This document shows positions 24,453 through 38,095 of a stretch of 64,000 nucleotides of DNA, piece after piece (position 1 is the first letter of the stretch; every line of letters starts with the position of its first letter). The position numbers and the translations under genes are program-made. The stretch comes from Ruditapes philippinarum (lineage: Eukaryota): contig NW_026867228.1 of NCBI RefSeq assembly GCF_026571515.1, positions 124,001-188,000 of the forward strand, given 5' to 3'. The notes beneath the pieces were generated by a model, which had not been told where the DNA came from, made no database searches, and worked only from the letters and a program-made list of their open reading frames with translations.

Positions 24453-27400
24453 ACATAGTCATGAAATTCGACAAAAATCTGACACTTGAGAATTTTCAAT
24501 TACATAAGAAATAAACTGATTCAATAATATTCCACATTCTTTACTTCTATTTGTGCGTACGAGTGTTAAGATGTTATTATATTTTACAGAATTGAACGAC
24601 TTGCACTCCCCATCACAATGGACAGGCTCTATCAAACTGAGCCTGCAACATTTACAATTTTGTCGTTTTGGACGCGTTCTTTAGAAAATGTAATAGATAC
24701 AGAGGTTATGAAATCTGCATATCACATATAAGATGAAAAAGTTATTTTTAAAAAAGCAGTATAATATCCTAAAAGTGTTCGTATAGTATTCAAGTATGAA
24801 TGCTTAAGTCATCCAAGTTGTTAACGTTTACTTAATAAATGTCAAATAGAAGAAACTTAACATACCACATAACATTTATACACAACGCAATCGTTTCTTT
24901 TTTCATAACTATTTTATTTAGTAATTTTCCGGATGTAAAATCTTATACGACTTGAATACAAAGCATGCATAGCTGCGGACCGACACAATTTGTCTTGTGT
25001 TCCCTCAATAAAAATGTAAACATAAATTCATAAACACTATAATGTTATGCGTTCACCAAACAACTCCGTTCGAGTTAGTCGTTCATTGGTGGGTGAAAAT
25101 GAACGTAGGACTTGCTCGGCTTGTCTTAATAAGTGCAACATCATTAATATGATTGTATATTTCAGTTAGCTAATCTTTAATTTATTTAACATTACTACAT
25201 TTATTTTATTTTACCAGATATAAATAATATAAAGCAGTTTAATTATAATTAATAGTTATGTAAATGGAACATTTGATGGCAAGTAAGATCGTGAGCAGTT
25301 CATACGGGAGTGCTAAAACCCTAGCATTTTATGAAGCAATCATAATAAAAAGCTCAAAACATTATGCTTATATATAATACATAATTATTTTAATATTTGA
25401 TAATATCTTGAATTGTGTAGCATCAGTAAGTATGAATGCGGCGGAGGACATCACCCAAACATGTTTTTAATTATCTACTGCATATCTGTGAAGCATTTAA
25501 GACTGTTCCTGATTGGAATGAATCTTGACCCCAAACTCTGCAATCCATTAAACTAGCTAACGAAAGACCAGCTGTAACTGGCGAAACAAGACGGGTGCGA
25601 AAAAATCAATGTAACCTTATATTCAATTTGTACCAAACATTTATTTGTGACATTCGTTCAAATAATTACCAGATGAGCTTCTCGTTCAGCCAAACAACTG
25701 ATCGGATGACACAAATGTGCATTGAATCGGTTGTCCTTCTTTGATAAAAGGGGCAAATGTTTATAAGTACCTGTCCTATATTTTTACTTTATGTGCACTT
25801 CTTATTGTAGTATTGGTTGTATCATATCATGGTTTGTTCGTAGTTAAACGACAAATGTATATCCCATGGGGTTTATTTAGTGTAGTCTTAATTTTATTCA
25901 TTCCCGCCAAAACATTTCTAACATCGGTCAATATCGCAATTAATCAGTCATTTCCGGAATGTTATTTTTCACGATTATCGGTTTTCAATAATTCTTAACT
26001 GTTCATAGCCGGAATTTAGTCCAAAGAAATAAATGATGAGTGATTTAAAATAATAATGTCCAAGATTTTGAAAAAAAAATCGTACAGCAATAACTGATTT
26101 GCTACGATATTGCCCGATGTTAGAATATTTTGCGGGAAAGCATTACAGTAACACTATTTTAAATGAACAAACGTTAATTTACTGTTTCACATTTGTACCA
26201 AATAAAAAACAATCATACAAGTTGTCGTAATGAAGAATTTAAGCAGGTTTCTTTTCTGCCCGTAAAAATATAAATGTCTTTTTGTTTCTGCCCGTAAATA
26301 TATAAATGTCTTTTTGAAGATTAATTTTACAGCTGATATTATAATTAGGAATTTGCTCAAGATTTCCATAATTGAGGGGTAATCTTTGTTCACTAAAGCA
26401 AGGAGGACTGTTTAGAAATTATCAAAATTGCAACAAAATGTTGAAAAAAGGACTTGGATTTGTTGAAGTAATGAAAAGAAAATCACATGAAATCCAGTTT
26501 AAATTTTATTACAAATAATTCCGTACCAGTAAAAGGTGGATCAATCCACCATAAGTCGCAAAACATGTATTTTAACAAAGATCTTATGGCACAATAAAAC
26601 AAATGAGGATTAATTCGCCTCTTCAATGTACTTCAAACAAAAGACTATGTATGTGGCTGACTAATCCACCTTTATACAATACTCAAAACTAAAATGTTCA
26701 ATTATAAAACAAATAGGAGTAGTCCGCCTTATTAAAAGTAACTAAAGACGTGTTATATTTTAAGTAATCTTTAGAAAACGTTAACTTAAAACCTTATATA
26801 TACAATTATCAAAACTTAAAACTATTAAACAATCAAAGCACTGAAAGTACTGAAGTATACATTGCTTGATAATATAATCCATTTTTGTCATCAAGGCCAT
26901 GTTGATTTTAACCTATTGACTTCAAAAAGAATAGGGGTCATCTTCTGACCAAGGTCAATGTCCCTAACAAGTGCATCACATGCACCAAAGCTTCTTTCTT
27001 CCAAAGTTATTTATGAGACAAGGAAGATGTGATGTTCCATCTGTGTATTGCTAGGCAAGCTGATAGATGAGCACTAAAGAAATCATTTTTTAAAACACCT
27101 GTTAAATGGACTGCAGTATAGAATATTGAAACAGTCATATTGAGTTTCCAGTGATGATATCTAATAAAATACATGATCTGGTTTGAACTCTATACAAAGT
27201 CAATTAATTGAATCATCCTACAAGACTTAAGCTTAATTCCCAAATTATAGTACATCCTTTTGTATAGCTTTCCATGTTACAGATCTATGTACTGTACTTT
27301 GATGCACTAATACATATATTCTGGTGTGTTACACATTAATTTTCAAATGCATTACTTTATCGTTTATTAATAAAAATGAAATCTATAATCAAAACAATTC

Positions 27401-28099
27401 TAATGTACTGTAATATTTTCATTATTCAATAATTGTTACATATAGTCTTCATATACAACATTTCCAAGAAATTACTGGACAGCAAGTTAACAAGGGTTTT
27501 TCCATAATCAGGCTGTGTTACCAACTTCTTAACTTTAGATGAACCATTGAGCTAAAACATTTTTCTATTTTTTTGCTACTGTGACCTACTTCTGATTTTC
27601 AACCAAGGTGATCCATGTTCAAACTCGAGCAAAACCTGTCACACACATTCTTACGATGTTGTGTAACAATTGGGGCAAAAGTGTGACCAGTAGAGAGTTA
27701 ACAAACAAAATGACCAGCAGAGTGTTAACAACTGTAATGTCATCGTCGGATACACATGGTTGATTAACATTTAACATGACATAACTGATAAATGTAAATA
27801 GTTCGGCCGTGGGTACCCGACGATGCTAAATGTGGACAGACCACAGTTGACATATGATGGATGACCAACATTCAACAATCTAAAGCCCCACCCTGAGCCA
27901 ACCTATAAGTTTCACCACTGGTATAAATAATATGATAATAAAAATGAATACTGCGTAATGATTTAGATGAAATGTAGCCATTATATCAGAAGTAAATTAT
28001 TGCTTTTCTATATATGTTCTTTACTCTATTGTAACTACGCAAGTTCATATAGCATATAAATATAAAACGACTGCTAGATTATTTTTTACTATAAACAAA

Positions 28100-29120
28100 T
28101 AAAAAGTAAAAGTTGATTATTTAAACGATTGAAAAGTCTATTTTATGGGTGTTTTTATTCATATACCTTTCTTATCGCGCGTCGAATGTGGTTTTCGGCT
28201 TTCCCATGTTTTTAACGCTGACTGTTACATAGCCGAAAAAATACAAGTTTTTCTGTATTTATTACAAAAAATAACTGCCATTTTACAAAGGTAAAAAAAA
28301 GTAATAGTTATTCATTTAAACGGTTGAAAAATGTATTTAGCAGCACTTTTTTAAATAATATATCTATTTTATCGCAAGTAAAATGTGCTTGTTTGTTTGT
28401 TTGTTTGTGTTTTGTTTTTTGTTTTTTGGCGGGGGGGGGGGGGGCTTTTCTATTTTCTACGTTTTTGACGCTAGGCAGTAACATAGCCGAAAAACACTTT
28501 CATACAATGTTTATTACAAAAATATTACTGATATTTTACATTGCTTACAAATATAATGTTATAATCATTCATATAAACGGTTGAAAAATTTATTTAATAG
28601 TTCTTATTTTAAACATGTCCATTTCACCGCCAGTAAAATGTGTGTGTGTGTTTTTTTTTTGTTTTTTTTTTTTGCTTTTCCATGTTTTTGACGCTAGACC
28701 GTTACGTAGCCGAAAAACACTTTCATACTGTATTTATAAAAATAATATCTCTGACATTTTCCATTGGTAACAAAAGAAAGTAATAGTTATTCATTTAAAA
28801 GGTTGAAAAAAATTAATAGCGGCTCATGTTTAAACTACGACTATTACATCGCCAGTAAAAATGTGTTTTTCGGCTTTTCCATGTTTTTGACGCTAGACTG
28901 TTACGTTGCCGAAAACACTTTCATATCGCATTAAATACAGAATAGAATCATTCTCTAATTTACACTGGTTGCAAAAAGAAAGTAAATTTTAATCATTTAA
29001 AGGATAGAAAAAAAGTAGATAAAACTAATTTGTTGGAATTATACCAATTGTATCGCCGTAAAAAGTGTTTTTCGGCTTATCCATATTTTTTAAGCTTGCC
29101 CGTTGAGTTTCCAAAAACAT
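28100..29120. repeat. Five-unit tandem repeat (~200-260 bp period) with an internal inverted repeat
   Basis: Recurring GTGTTTTTCGGC-TTTTCCATGTTTTTGACGCTAGACTGTTACG-TAGCCGAAAAACAC units near 28190, 28445, 28675, 28865 and 29065. Confidence 0.8.
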
Positions 29121-29779
29121 TTATATAGTGTGTTCTTTTCGATATAATGCTGATAATTGATAAATTTATTGATCGGAATTGTGAAAAAAAAACAATTTCT
29201 CTAAGAATAGCTTACGAAATTTCTATTTTTCGAATCCACGATAATTGCCAGGTTTAAAAAAAAATATTTTCCGATATACGCTGGTAAATTTTGTTACGGA
29301 GCTCCATACTCGTTTTGTAAAACACATTAGGCCAATTTTATTGCATAAATGTAAATCAGGAATTTTATTTGATTAAATATTTATCTGAGATGTTTCGTCC
29401 CATTTATATAATTCTGACGACTTTACTATATTTACGATGTATTCATTCATGCTAGCAAGCGTATGCGTATATGCGAAGTTTAACGCGTAGGTATAAACTA
29501 CGATTTTATCAATGAACTGTTTTTTTTTTGTTTTCTTTAAAGGAATGTAGAGTCTATTATTTCATGAACATGAACGATTAAGAACTTTCAAAGCATTTAA
29601 ACAACTTTGCAAACACTATTTTAATTATGTGTAGTCGGAATGTAACGCTACTGCAGAAAGAACTAGTTTCTATAGCGGTTTTTATCCGGGAGTGGATGTT
29701 GTTCGGTAACGACTTAACCTGTAACGATTTCTGAGATATAGCTTATAACTCTGTATACATTGCAAGCAATGTATACGAA

Positions 29780-30720
29780 AAGGAGTACTAGTCCGCCATT
29801 TTCTATCGATGTCAGATCAAATATTATGCATTTTTCTAGGAGTCTTTTGAAAACGTCACCTGAAAAGACGGACTAATCCAACTTTATACCATTATCAAAA
29901 CTAAACAACTCGATAATAAAACGTTAAGAAGCATAAGTCTGCCCTTTTCAGTGAAACTCAAACTAAGGATCAAGAAGTCTTTAGAAAACGTTAATTGAAG
30001 TGGTGGACTTATCCACGTTTATGCAATAATCAAAACTAAACAGTTCAATAATAAAACAAAACAAAAGAAAGGACTAGTCCGCTTCATTCAATAAAACGTA
30101 AACCAAAGTCGTAATATTTTTCAAATAATCTTTTGAAAAGGTTACTTGAAATGACGGATAATCCACCTTTTTACAATAATCAAAACTAAAAACTCAATAT
30201 TATAAAACGTGAAGGAGAATTAGTCCGCCTTTTTCAGTGAAATTCAAACTAAGGATCAAGGAGTCTTTAGAAAACCTTAATTGAAATGGCGGACTTATCC
30301 ACCTTTATACAATAATCAAAACAAGAATGTTCAATAATTAAACAAACAGGAGGACTAATCCGCCTATTTCAATCTAATTAAATTCAAATACTTAACATTT
30401 TTTATAGAAAACGTTAATTAAAATGTCGGACTAATCCACCTTGATATAAGAATCAAAACTAAAACGAAAAGAGGACTAGTCCACCTTTTCAGTCTAACTC
30501 AAATCAAATCTATGCATTTTTTTTAAGAACTTAAAAAAAAGTTAACTAAAATGACGGACTAATCTTCTTTGATACAATAATAAAAACTAAACAACTCAAG
30601 TATAAAACGTGAAGGAGACTAGTACGCCTTTTTCAATGAAACTCAAAATAAAGATCAAGGAGTCACTGAAATGACGGAGTAATCCAACTTTTTACAATAA
30701 TCAAAACTAAACAACTAAAA
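29780..30720. repeat. ~140-bp tandem repeat array, left inner arm
   Basis: GGACT(A/T)ATCCACC variants recur at ~29870, 30005, 30156, 30291, 30428, 30556 and 30676, with a GGACTAGTCCGCC sub-repeat half-way. Related monomers occur at ~26500-26830. Confidence 0.9.
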
Positions 30721-31729
30721 TATATATAGAAATGACAGTGACATGTGATACAGGTGCCCCCACACTACATTTTTTCAACTACATCAGGACAATATGGCAG
30801 AGAGACAGACAAAAGGAAATTCTACATGACTCTCCCTACCCCTAAGTAGTTGGGTTATAAAAACAGCATCAATTTTTTTCTAATGTTGACATACTGATTT
30901 TTGCCCAACTACACATGCTGACCAAAAGTCCTGCAAACTTCACACAACACGACATTTTGAAACTGTTTTGTTAGGGGCACTTTCTCTACAATTTTTTATT
31001 GAATATGCACGAAATCCAGGTGCACAACTACAAATGCTGACAAACATTTCTGAAAAATTACATGTCTTTAGGTCAAACGTCTATAGGCTACATGCAACAC
31101 TTGATTGAAGGACAAGACTCCTCCCATCCAAAAATGATAGGGACTGGTGAAAACCCCATTTGTCCAAAAAGAGAGGTGTGCTGTGATGTTTTAAAAGACA
31201 TAGAATCCTAATTCATGATATTTATGGAATGACATAAAGGATTTTGTATTGTATTATTATTATTAGAATAAAGTTTATCATTTCAGTGACTCCCATTTTC
31301 TAATAATTTCACTGGTCAGAGAGATTTTACAGCTGGCTTAGTAAAAGTTGTTCCTTCTACTAGCTGCAAGTTTGTACCTGTAATAATAAATTAAAGGCAT
31401 TTCTGGTCATAAATCACCATTTAAGATTGATATTCGCCTTAACGATAATTGATATTCATTTGCTCAATTCAGCTCGATACCAAACTTAAAATCAGTCCCA
31501 GCTAATTTATTAAGCCCTTGATGACAGCTTATTTTCAATTATTTCAACTAAAATTGTATGCTAAAGGTTTTGACTGTAAAATATTAAAGATAATCTTCTG
31601 TAACTATTGTATTTTTTTTTCTGCATCTAGCCTAAATCCTGTGCTTTTTATGCTATATAATATTAATATCATGCAAAAGATAAAGATTTTATGTAATCCA
31701 TAAATATATATATATGTATATATAATTAC

Positions 31730-32790
31730 GTTGTTTAGTTTTGATAATTGTAAAAAGTTGGATTAGTCCGTCATTTCAGTGACTCCTTGATCTTTATTTT
31801 GAGTTTCATTGAAAAAGGCGTACTAGTCTCCTTCACGTTTTATACTTGAGTTGTTTAGTTTTTATTATTGTATCAAAGAAGATTAGTCCGTCATTATAGT
31901 TAACTTTTTTTTAAGTTCTTGAAAAAAAAAGGATAGATTTGATCTGAGTTAGACTGAAAAAGGTGGACTAGTCCTCTTTTCGTTTTAGTTTTGATTCTTA
32001 TATAAAGGTGGATTAGTCCGACATTTTAATTAGCGTTTTCTATAAAAAAAATGTTTAGTATTTGATTTGAATTAGATTGAAATAGGCAGATTAGTCCTCC
32101 TGTTTGTTTAATAATTGAACATTCTTGTTTTGATTGTATTGTATAAAGGTGGATAAGTCCCCTATTTCAATTAACGTTTTCTAATAGTTTGAATTTCACT
32201 GAAAAAAGGCGGACTATTTCTCCTTCACGTTTTAATATATTGAGTTTTTAGTTTTGATTATTGTATAAAGGTGGATTAGTCCGTCATTTCAAGTAACCTT
32301 TTCAAAAGATTATTTGAAAAATATTACGCCTTTGGTTTACGTTTTATTGAATGAAGCGGACTAGTCCTTTCTTTTGTTTTGTTTTATAATTGAACTGTTT
32401 AGTTTTGATTATTGCATAAAGGTGGATAAGTCAACCACTACAATTAACGTTTTCTAAAGACTCCTTGATCCTTAGTTTGAGTTTCACTGAAAAAGGCAGA
32501 CTTAAATAACACGTCTTTGGTTTAAGTTACATTTGATAAGGCGGACTACTCCTATTTGTTTTATAATTGAACATTTTAGTTTTGAGTATTGTATAAAGGT
32601 GGATTAGTCAGCCACATACATAGTCTTTGGTTTAAAGTACATTGAAGAGGCGAATTAATCCTCATTTGTTTTATTGTGCCATAAGATCTTTGTTTAAAAT
32701 ATATGTTTTGCGACTTAGGGTGGATTGATCCACCTTTTACTGGTACGGAATTATTTGTAATAAAATTTAAACTGGATTTCATGTGATTTT
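31730..32790. repeat. ~140-bp tandem repeat array, right inner arm (inverted)
   Basis: Recurring GGTGGATTAGTCC. 31730-32503 mirrors 29936-30715, and 32505-32790 mirrors ~26490-26760. Confidence 0.9.
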
Positions 32791-34811
32791 CTTTTCATTA
32801 CTTCAACAAATCCAAGTCCTTTTTTCAACATTTTGTTGCAATTTTGATAATTTCTAAACAGTCCTCCTTGCTTTAGTGAACAAAGATTACCCCTCAATTA
32901 TGGAAATCTTGAGCAAATTCCTAATTATAATATCAGCTGTAAAATTAATCTTCAAAAAGACATTTATATATTTACGGGCAGAAACAAAAAGACATTTATA
33001 TTTTTACGGGCAGAAAAGAAACCTGCCTAAATTCTTCATTACGACAACTTGTATGATTGTTTTTTATTTGGTACAAATGTGAAACAGTAAATTAACGTTT
33101 GTTCATTTAAAATAGTGTTACTGTAATGCTTTCCCGCAAAATATTCTAACATCGGGCAATATCGTAGCAAATCAGTTATTGCTGGAAGATTTTTTTTTCA
33201 AAATCTTGGACATTATTATCACTCATCATTCATTTCTTTGGACTAAATTCCGGCTATGAACAGTTAAGAATTATTGAAAACCGAAAATCGTGAAAAATAA
33301 CATTCCGGAAATGACTGATTAATTACGATATTGACCGATGTTAGAAATGTTTTGGCGAGAAAGCATAAAATTAAGACTTCACTAAATAAACCACATGGGA
33401 TATACATTTGTTTTTTTTTTAACTACGAAAAAACCATAATATGATACAACCAATACTACAATAAGAAGTGCACATAAGGACAGGTTCTTATGAACATTTG
33501 CTCCTTTTATCAAAGTAGGACAACCAATTCAATGCACATTTGTGTCATTCGATTAGTTGTTTGGCTGGACGAGAAGCTCATCTGGGAATGTCATTAATAA
33601 ATGTTTGTTACAAAATTGAATACAAGGTTACATTGATTCTTTCGCACCCGTCTTGTTTCGCCAGTTACAGCTGGTCTTTCGTTAGCTAGTTGGATGGTCA
33701 AGATGCATTTCAATCAGGAACAGTCTTAAATGCTTCACAAATATGCAGAAGATAATTAAAAACATGTTTGGGTGAAGATCTCCGCCGCATTCATATTTGC
33801 TGATGCTACACAATTCAAAATATTATCAAATATTAAAATAATTATGTATTATACATAAACATAATGTTTTGAGCTTTTGATTATGATTGCTTCATAAAAT
33901 GCTAGGATTGTTAGCACTCCCGTATGAACTGCTCACGATGTTACCAAATAAAATTGCCATCAAATGTTCCATTATATAACTATTAATTGTAATTAAACTG
34001 CTTCATATTATATATCTGTAAAATATAATAAATGTAGTAATGTTAAATAAATAAAAGGTTAGCTAACTGAAATATACAAGCCGATTAATAATGTTGCACT
34101 GATTAAGACAAGCCAAGCAAGTCCTTCGTTCATTTTCACCCACCAATAAACGACTAACTCGACCGGAGTTTTTTTGGTGAACGCATAACATTATAGTGTT
34201 TATGAATTTATGTTACATTTTTATTGAGGACACACAAAACAAATTGTGTCGGTCCGCAGCCATGTATGCTTTGTATTCAAGTCGTATAAGACTTTACATC
34301 CGGAAAAATACTAAATAAAATAGTTATGAAAAAAGTAACGATTGCGTTACATGGTTATTTTAAAATGCTAAATATTAAATGTTATATGGTATGTTAAGTT
34401 TCTTCTATTTGACATTTATTAACGTTTACAACTTGGGTGGCTTCAGCATTCATACTTGAATACCATACGAACACTTTTTAGGATATTATGCATGCTGTTT
34501 TTAAATTATCTTTTTTTCATCTTATCTGTGATATGCAGATTTCATAACCTCTGATTTTCTGTATCTATTACATTTTCTAAAGAACGTCCAAAACGAAAAT
34601 TGTAAATGTTGCAGGCTCAGTTTGATAGAGCCTGTTCATGGTGATGGAAAGTGCAAGTCGTTCAACTCTGTAAAATATAATAACATCTTAACAACTCGCA
34701 CGCACATTTAGAAGTAAAGAATGAGAAATATTATTGAATCAGTTTATTTCTTATGTAATTGAAATTTCTCAAGTGTCAGATTTTTGCCGAGTTCAATGAC
34801 TATTTTAACTG

Positions 34812-35808
34812 TCAAACACTTGAAAGAAGACCGGTGAAGGATGGCCATCTGTTGATATTTGAAAACATGACGTTTGTTGCGTATGTACTCATTACATACA
34901 CTTGATCACCCGTTTCAATTTTCGCCGGAACCATTGTCGAAGTGCAGGTACTTGCCATGTCCCTAATTGTTGTACTTGCTATTCTAGTATTTTCATGTAC
35001 AATAGCTGCAGTCATATAGTAAGATCTGGCATTACATATCTGAAGGCTAAACTGGTACATCCCAGCCACAGGGGCTGTGAAGATCCCGGTGCTTTCGTTA
35101 TAACCACCACCTTCATTAAGCAATACAACAGGAAATATGATAGTTTCGTCGGCGCCGTAATTTCCCCCAGTACTGGAATATGCGTTAAACGCTACTTTCG
35201 GTGTGGTAACTAAAGGCAAAATCATGGGAATTTTAAGGTCAAGTCTGTTTATTATAGTAATAGCACGAGGAATAGCCTTACATCATTTTATAAAATAATT
35301 ACAATCAATGTATGTTTATGTCAAAATGTATGAAGCAAACAATATAATTGAAGAAATCACTGTTTACATTTATTGTGAGGAAGTATCTCTTAATGTTATA
35401 AAACTGTATTATCTTTATGATGCGATCCGACATGTTTTGATTGATTGTTGTAAAAACTTGGATACTTTAATCATGCATTAAGTGTTAAATATAAAGCTGA
35501 AACTTACAACATCCTTGTGATCCTGTTGTTTCCACACCAGTCAACAGCAACATACATATCTGAAAGTAATGTTATAAAAAATGAACAACTAACAACTTTG
35601 TTATGGTTGTTTTAAAAATATTTTACTTGTTACTAAGACAATAGCTCTAGTTATACTATTAAGATTTTAAAAGTGAATCACAGCTTAAATTAGGAAAAAA
35701 GGCATTTATGAAATTTTATTTCAAAAATCAACGATCAATAAAATTAAGATTCGATTAAATTGCACTAGAAATAAGTCATACCGTGGTAGGTAGGATAAAT
35801 GTCCTCAT
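34812..35808 (-). CDS. Secreted globular-head C1q domain-containing protein, copy B (158 aa)
   Basis: Exons 35808-35782, 35559-35508 and 35209-34812 have the same sizes and phases as copy A. Protein reads MRTFILPTTICMLLLTGVETTGSQGCFTTPKVAFNAY...SFTGLLSSV. Confidence 0.93.
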
Positions 35809-38095
35809 GTTTTACAGATTGGCAATTTCCAAGAAGGCAAGAGCGAAATGAAAGAGTATTTTCTTTCTGAAAATGTAAAAAATAGCATGATTCAACGGCA
35901 ACACCAATTGATTAATAATTAATTGAATATAACTTTTATGAAATTGTTATTTTCTCTCTGTACTTGTGAAAAATTGTCATTTCATTATGCTAAAATGGAG
36001 TTACTTATAAGCGAGGTATTTTACGCTTACTAATATTATGTCACGTTTAATGTATTTGTCATCGTATTCGAGTCTTGAGGTCTTTATAATGCATAAGATT
36101 AACACAGTAGTGAAAAACAAAATCCCTAAAGAAAACCCAAAACGAAAAAAACTGAAATTGTTTCAGCTCCGGTTTGATTGAGCCGTTCATGGACGTTAGT
36201 GCTTATTGAAGGCTATTACCCCAGTCCCCTAAAATTTGCTTTAGCAGAATTCAACATTTAAAGATATACTAGCTATGCCCATCTTTGGATTCAATACTTA
36301 TACTGCAGAAATATGAATCCCTGAATATGTCTAATTTGATTAAGTGAATATATAAACTATGTTTGGGAAGCTGCCTTCCCTTTTACTTGTCAAATTATTT
36401 TGGTCTATTTTTACAAAAACTGCCAGTTTTTTTTAATGACACTATGTATATGTTAGTGTTCACCCGTGCTGTTCTTCAGACATTAGAGAGAATGTTTCTA
36501 CAGTGAAACCTGTCTTATCCGAACTCGTCTGGACCGGAAGTGAAAGCCGAATTAGAAAAGTTTCCGGATTTGCTTTAGATGTATTTGCTTGAGAACAGCT
36601 ACGGATGAATACTAACATACTTTGTGTAAAGCTTTATTTGTTTTTTATTATGTCACGACTATTTTTTACGAGGGCGGTTCTATGAAGTACTATGAAAAAT
36701 AGATGGCGGCTATGGACGGAATTTCATTGGATGGCAAATAAAGCTGGACACTAAGCAATCATACTGTGATTACTCGTAACGTGTTGAAATTAATATTAAC
36801 ATAACATATTTCCTCTGTGTATATTCAAAACATGTTTATTTAACATTTGAAAAGATTTTGCGTAGTATGTTTATTTTGTGTGGCTTACGGCCATCCAGTT
36901 GCCGGATAATCTCTACTGCAAAGAGTTCACTTTTCTCTTAACATTTGCAACAACAAAATGTTCTCCTCAACTGTTATAAAAGTTACTGTTATGCGCTTTA
37001 AAATAAATATTATTAGTTATATTGTATTTTTTCGTATGTACATTTTCATCATTGTAACCAATATAATTTATTTCACTTCAATTTGCATAAACTCGATGTT
37101 TAAAGACGGGAGCGATTTGTTGATTCTAGAATAAAAAAGTCATGTGTTCGAAGTGATTCTGAATCGAACGATTCCGTTTCTGAATCAAGAAAAAAGTAAT
37201 AAAGTTCTAAGGAGATATTCAAAATGGTGAAGAAAGCTGTAGTAAATTACAAAGTCACTGCACTTTTAATAATGCTGGATGAAGATGATGGATTGTTTTA
37301 ATCAGTCATATAGCATGAAATAACGAGAAAGGAAAAAAAGAAATCCCAGCATTGGCGGTTTCAACGATGTACGTTAAATAATTCTATTACTGAAACCTAC
37401 TATGGAATTCGCCATCTTTGTACCACTTGATTGCTCTTTTAATTCTTTGATTCCACGAAGAATTGATTCCGAGAACCAGAATTGTTTAACCGAACGTGCT
37501 TCAGAAGTGCTTATATGAATCATTACCAAATCGCACTTGCCTACATTGGCGTTGGTATGACTAAAATACGCAAAGAAGATTGTTTTGGTGCAACGGACAT
37601 ATTTCATAAGCAAAACAGGCACAGCGTTTGCTTTTGTTATAAATACAATGTAACTTTGTTTTAAAATGTAACACAGATAGTTACTTTAGGTTGTTTTGAA
37701 GGATTCTATGACACTAAAAGCGGTCCCTTAATACATCGTGAACACAATAAAATCATACAAGCACAATTACAAATCTTATCTGTTCTGAAATATTATTTGT
37801 ATATCTGCATGGTTACTGCTACCATTGACTATTATTAGGATGAACGTGTTTATCCGATATCTGTACAAAGTAATTTTTAAGTGGTGAGTCATCATTCGAG
37901 AGAGAAAGCAATCGTTTCTATGTCATCCGTAACTTACAAAAGATGTATGGCTAATTAAAAAAGCAAAAAACGCAGACAAATTTACATATTCCCACAAGTC
38001 ATACTTACATAACTAAATCAACTACACTAGGTCTTACATGACATTATGCTGTTTCGAAACAAAATCATTTCTAGTTTGTATGACGCACTAATTAA

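Larger units (their letters stand above)
9645..30720. repeat. Left arm of a ~40-kb inverted duplication
   Basis: Reverse-complement colinearity with 31725-50330. Mirrored ORFs in the track include 9788/49997, 15149/48073, 19256/40809, 24045/34812 and 26187/32876. Confidence 0.95.

Noticed and set aside
26187-26393. Near-identical 68-aa ORF pair (with 32876-33082)
   Set aside because: GTG start and no recognisable domain; the identity is explained by the inverted duplication.
28100-30720. CRISPR-like repeat-spacer arrays
   Set aside because: The spacers are homologous to each other, the context is eukaryotic and there are no cas genes.
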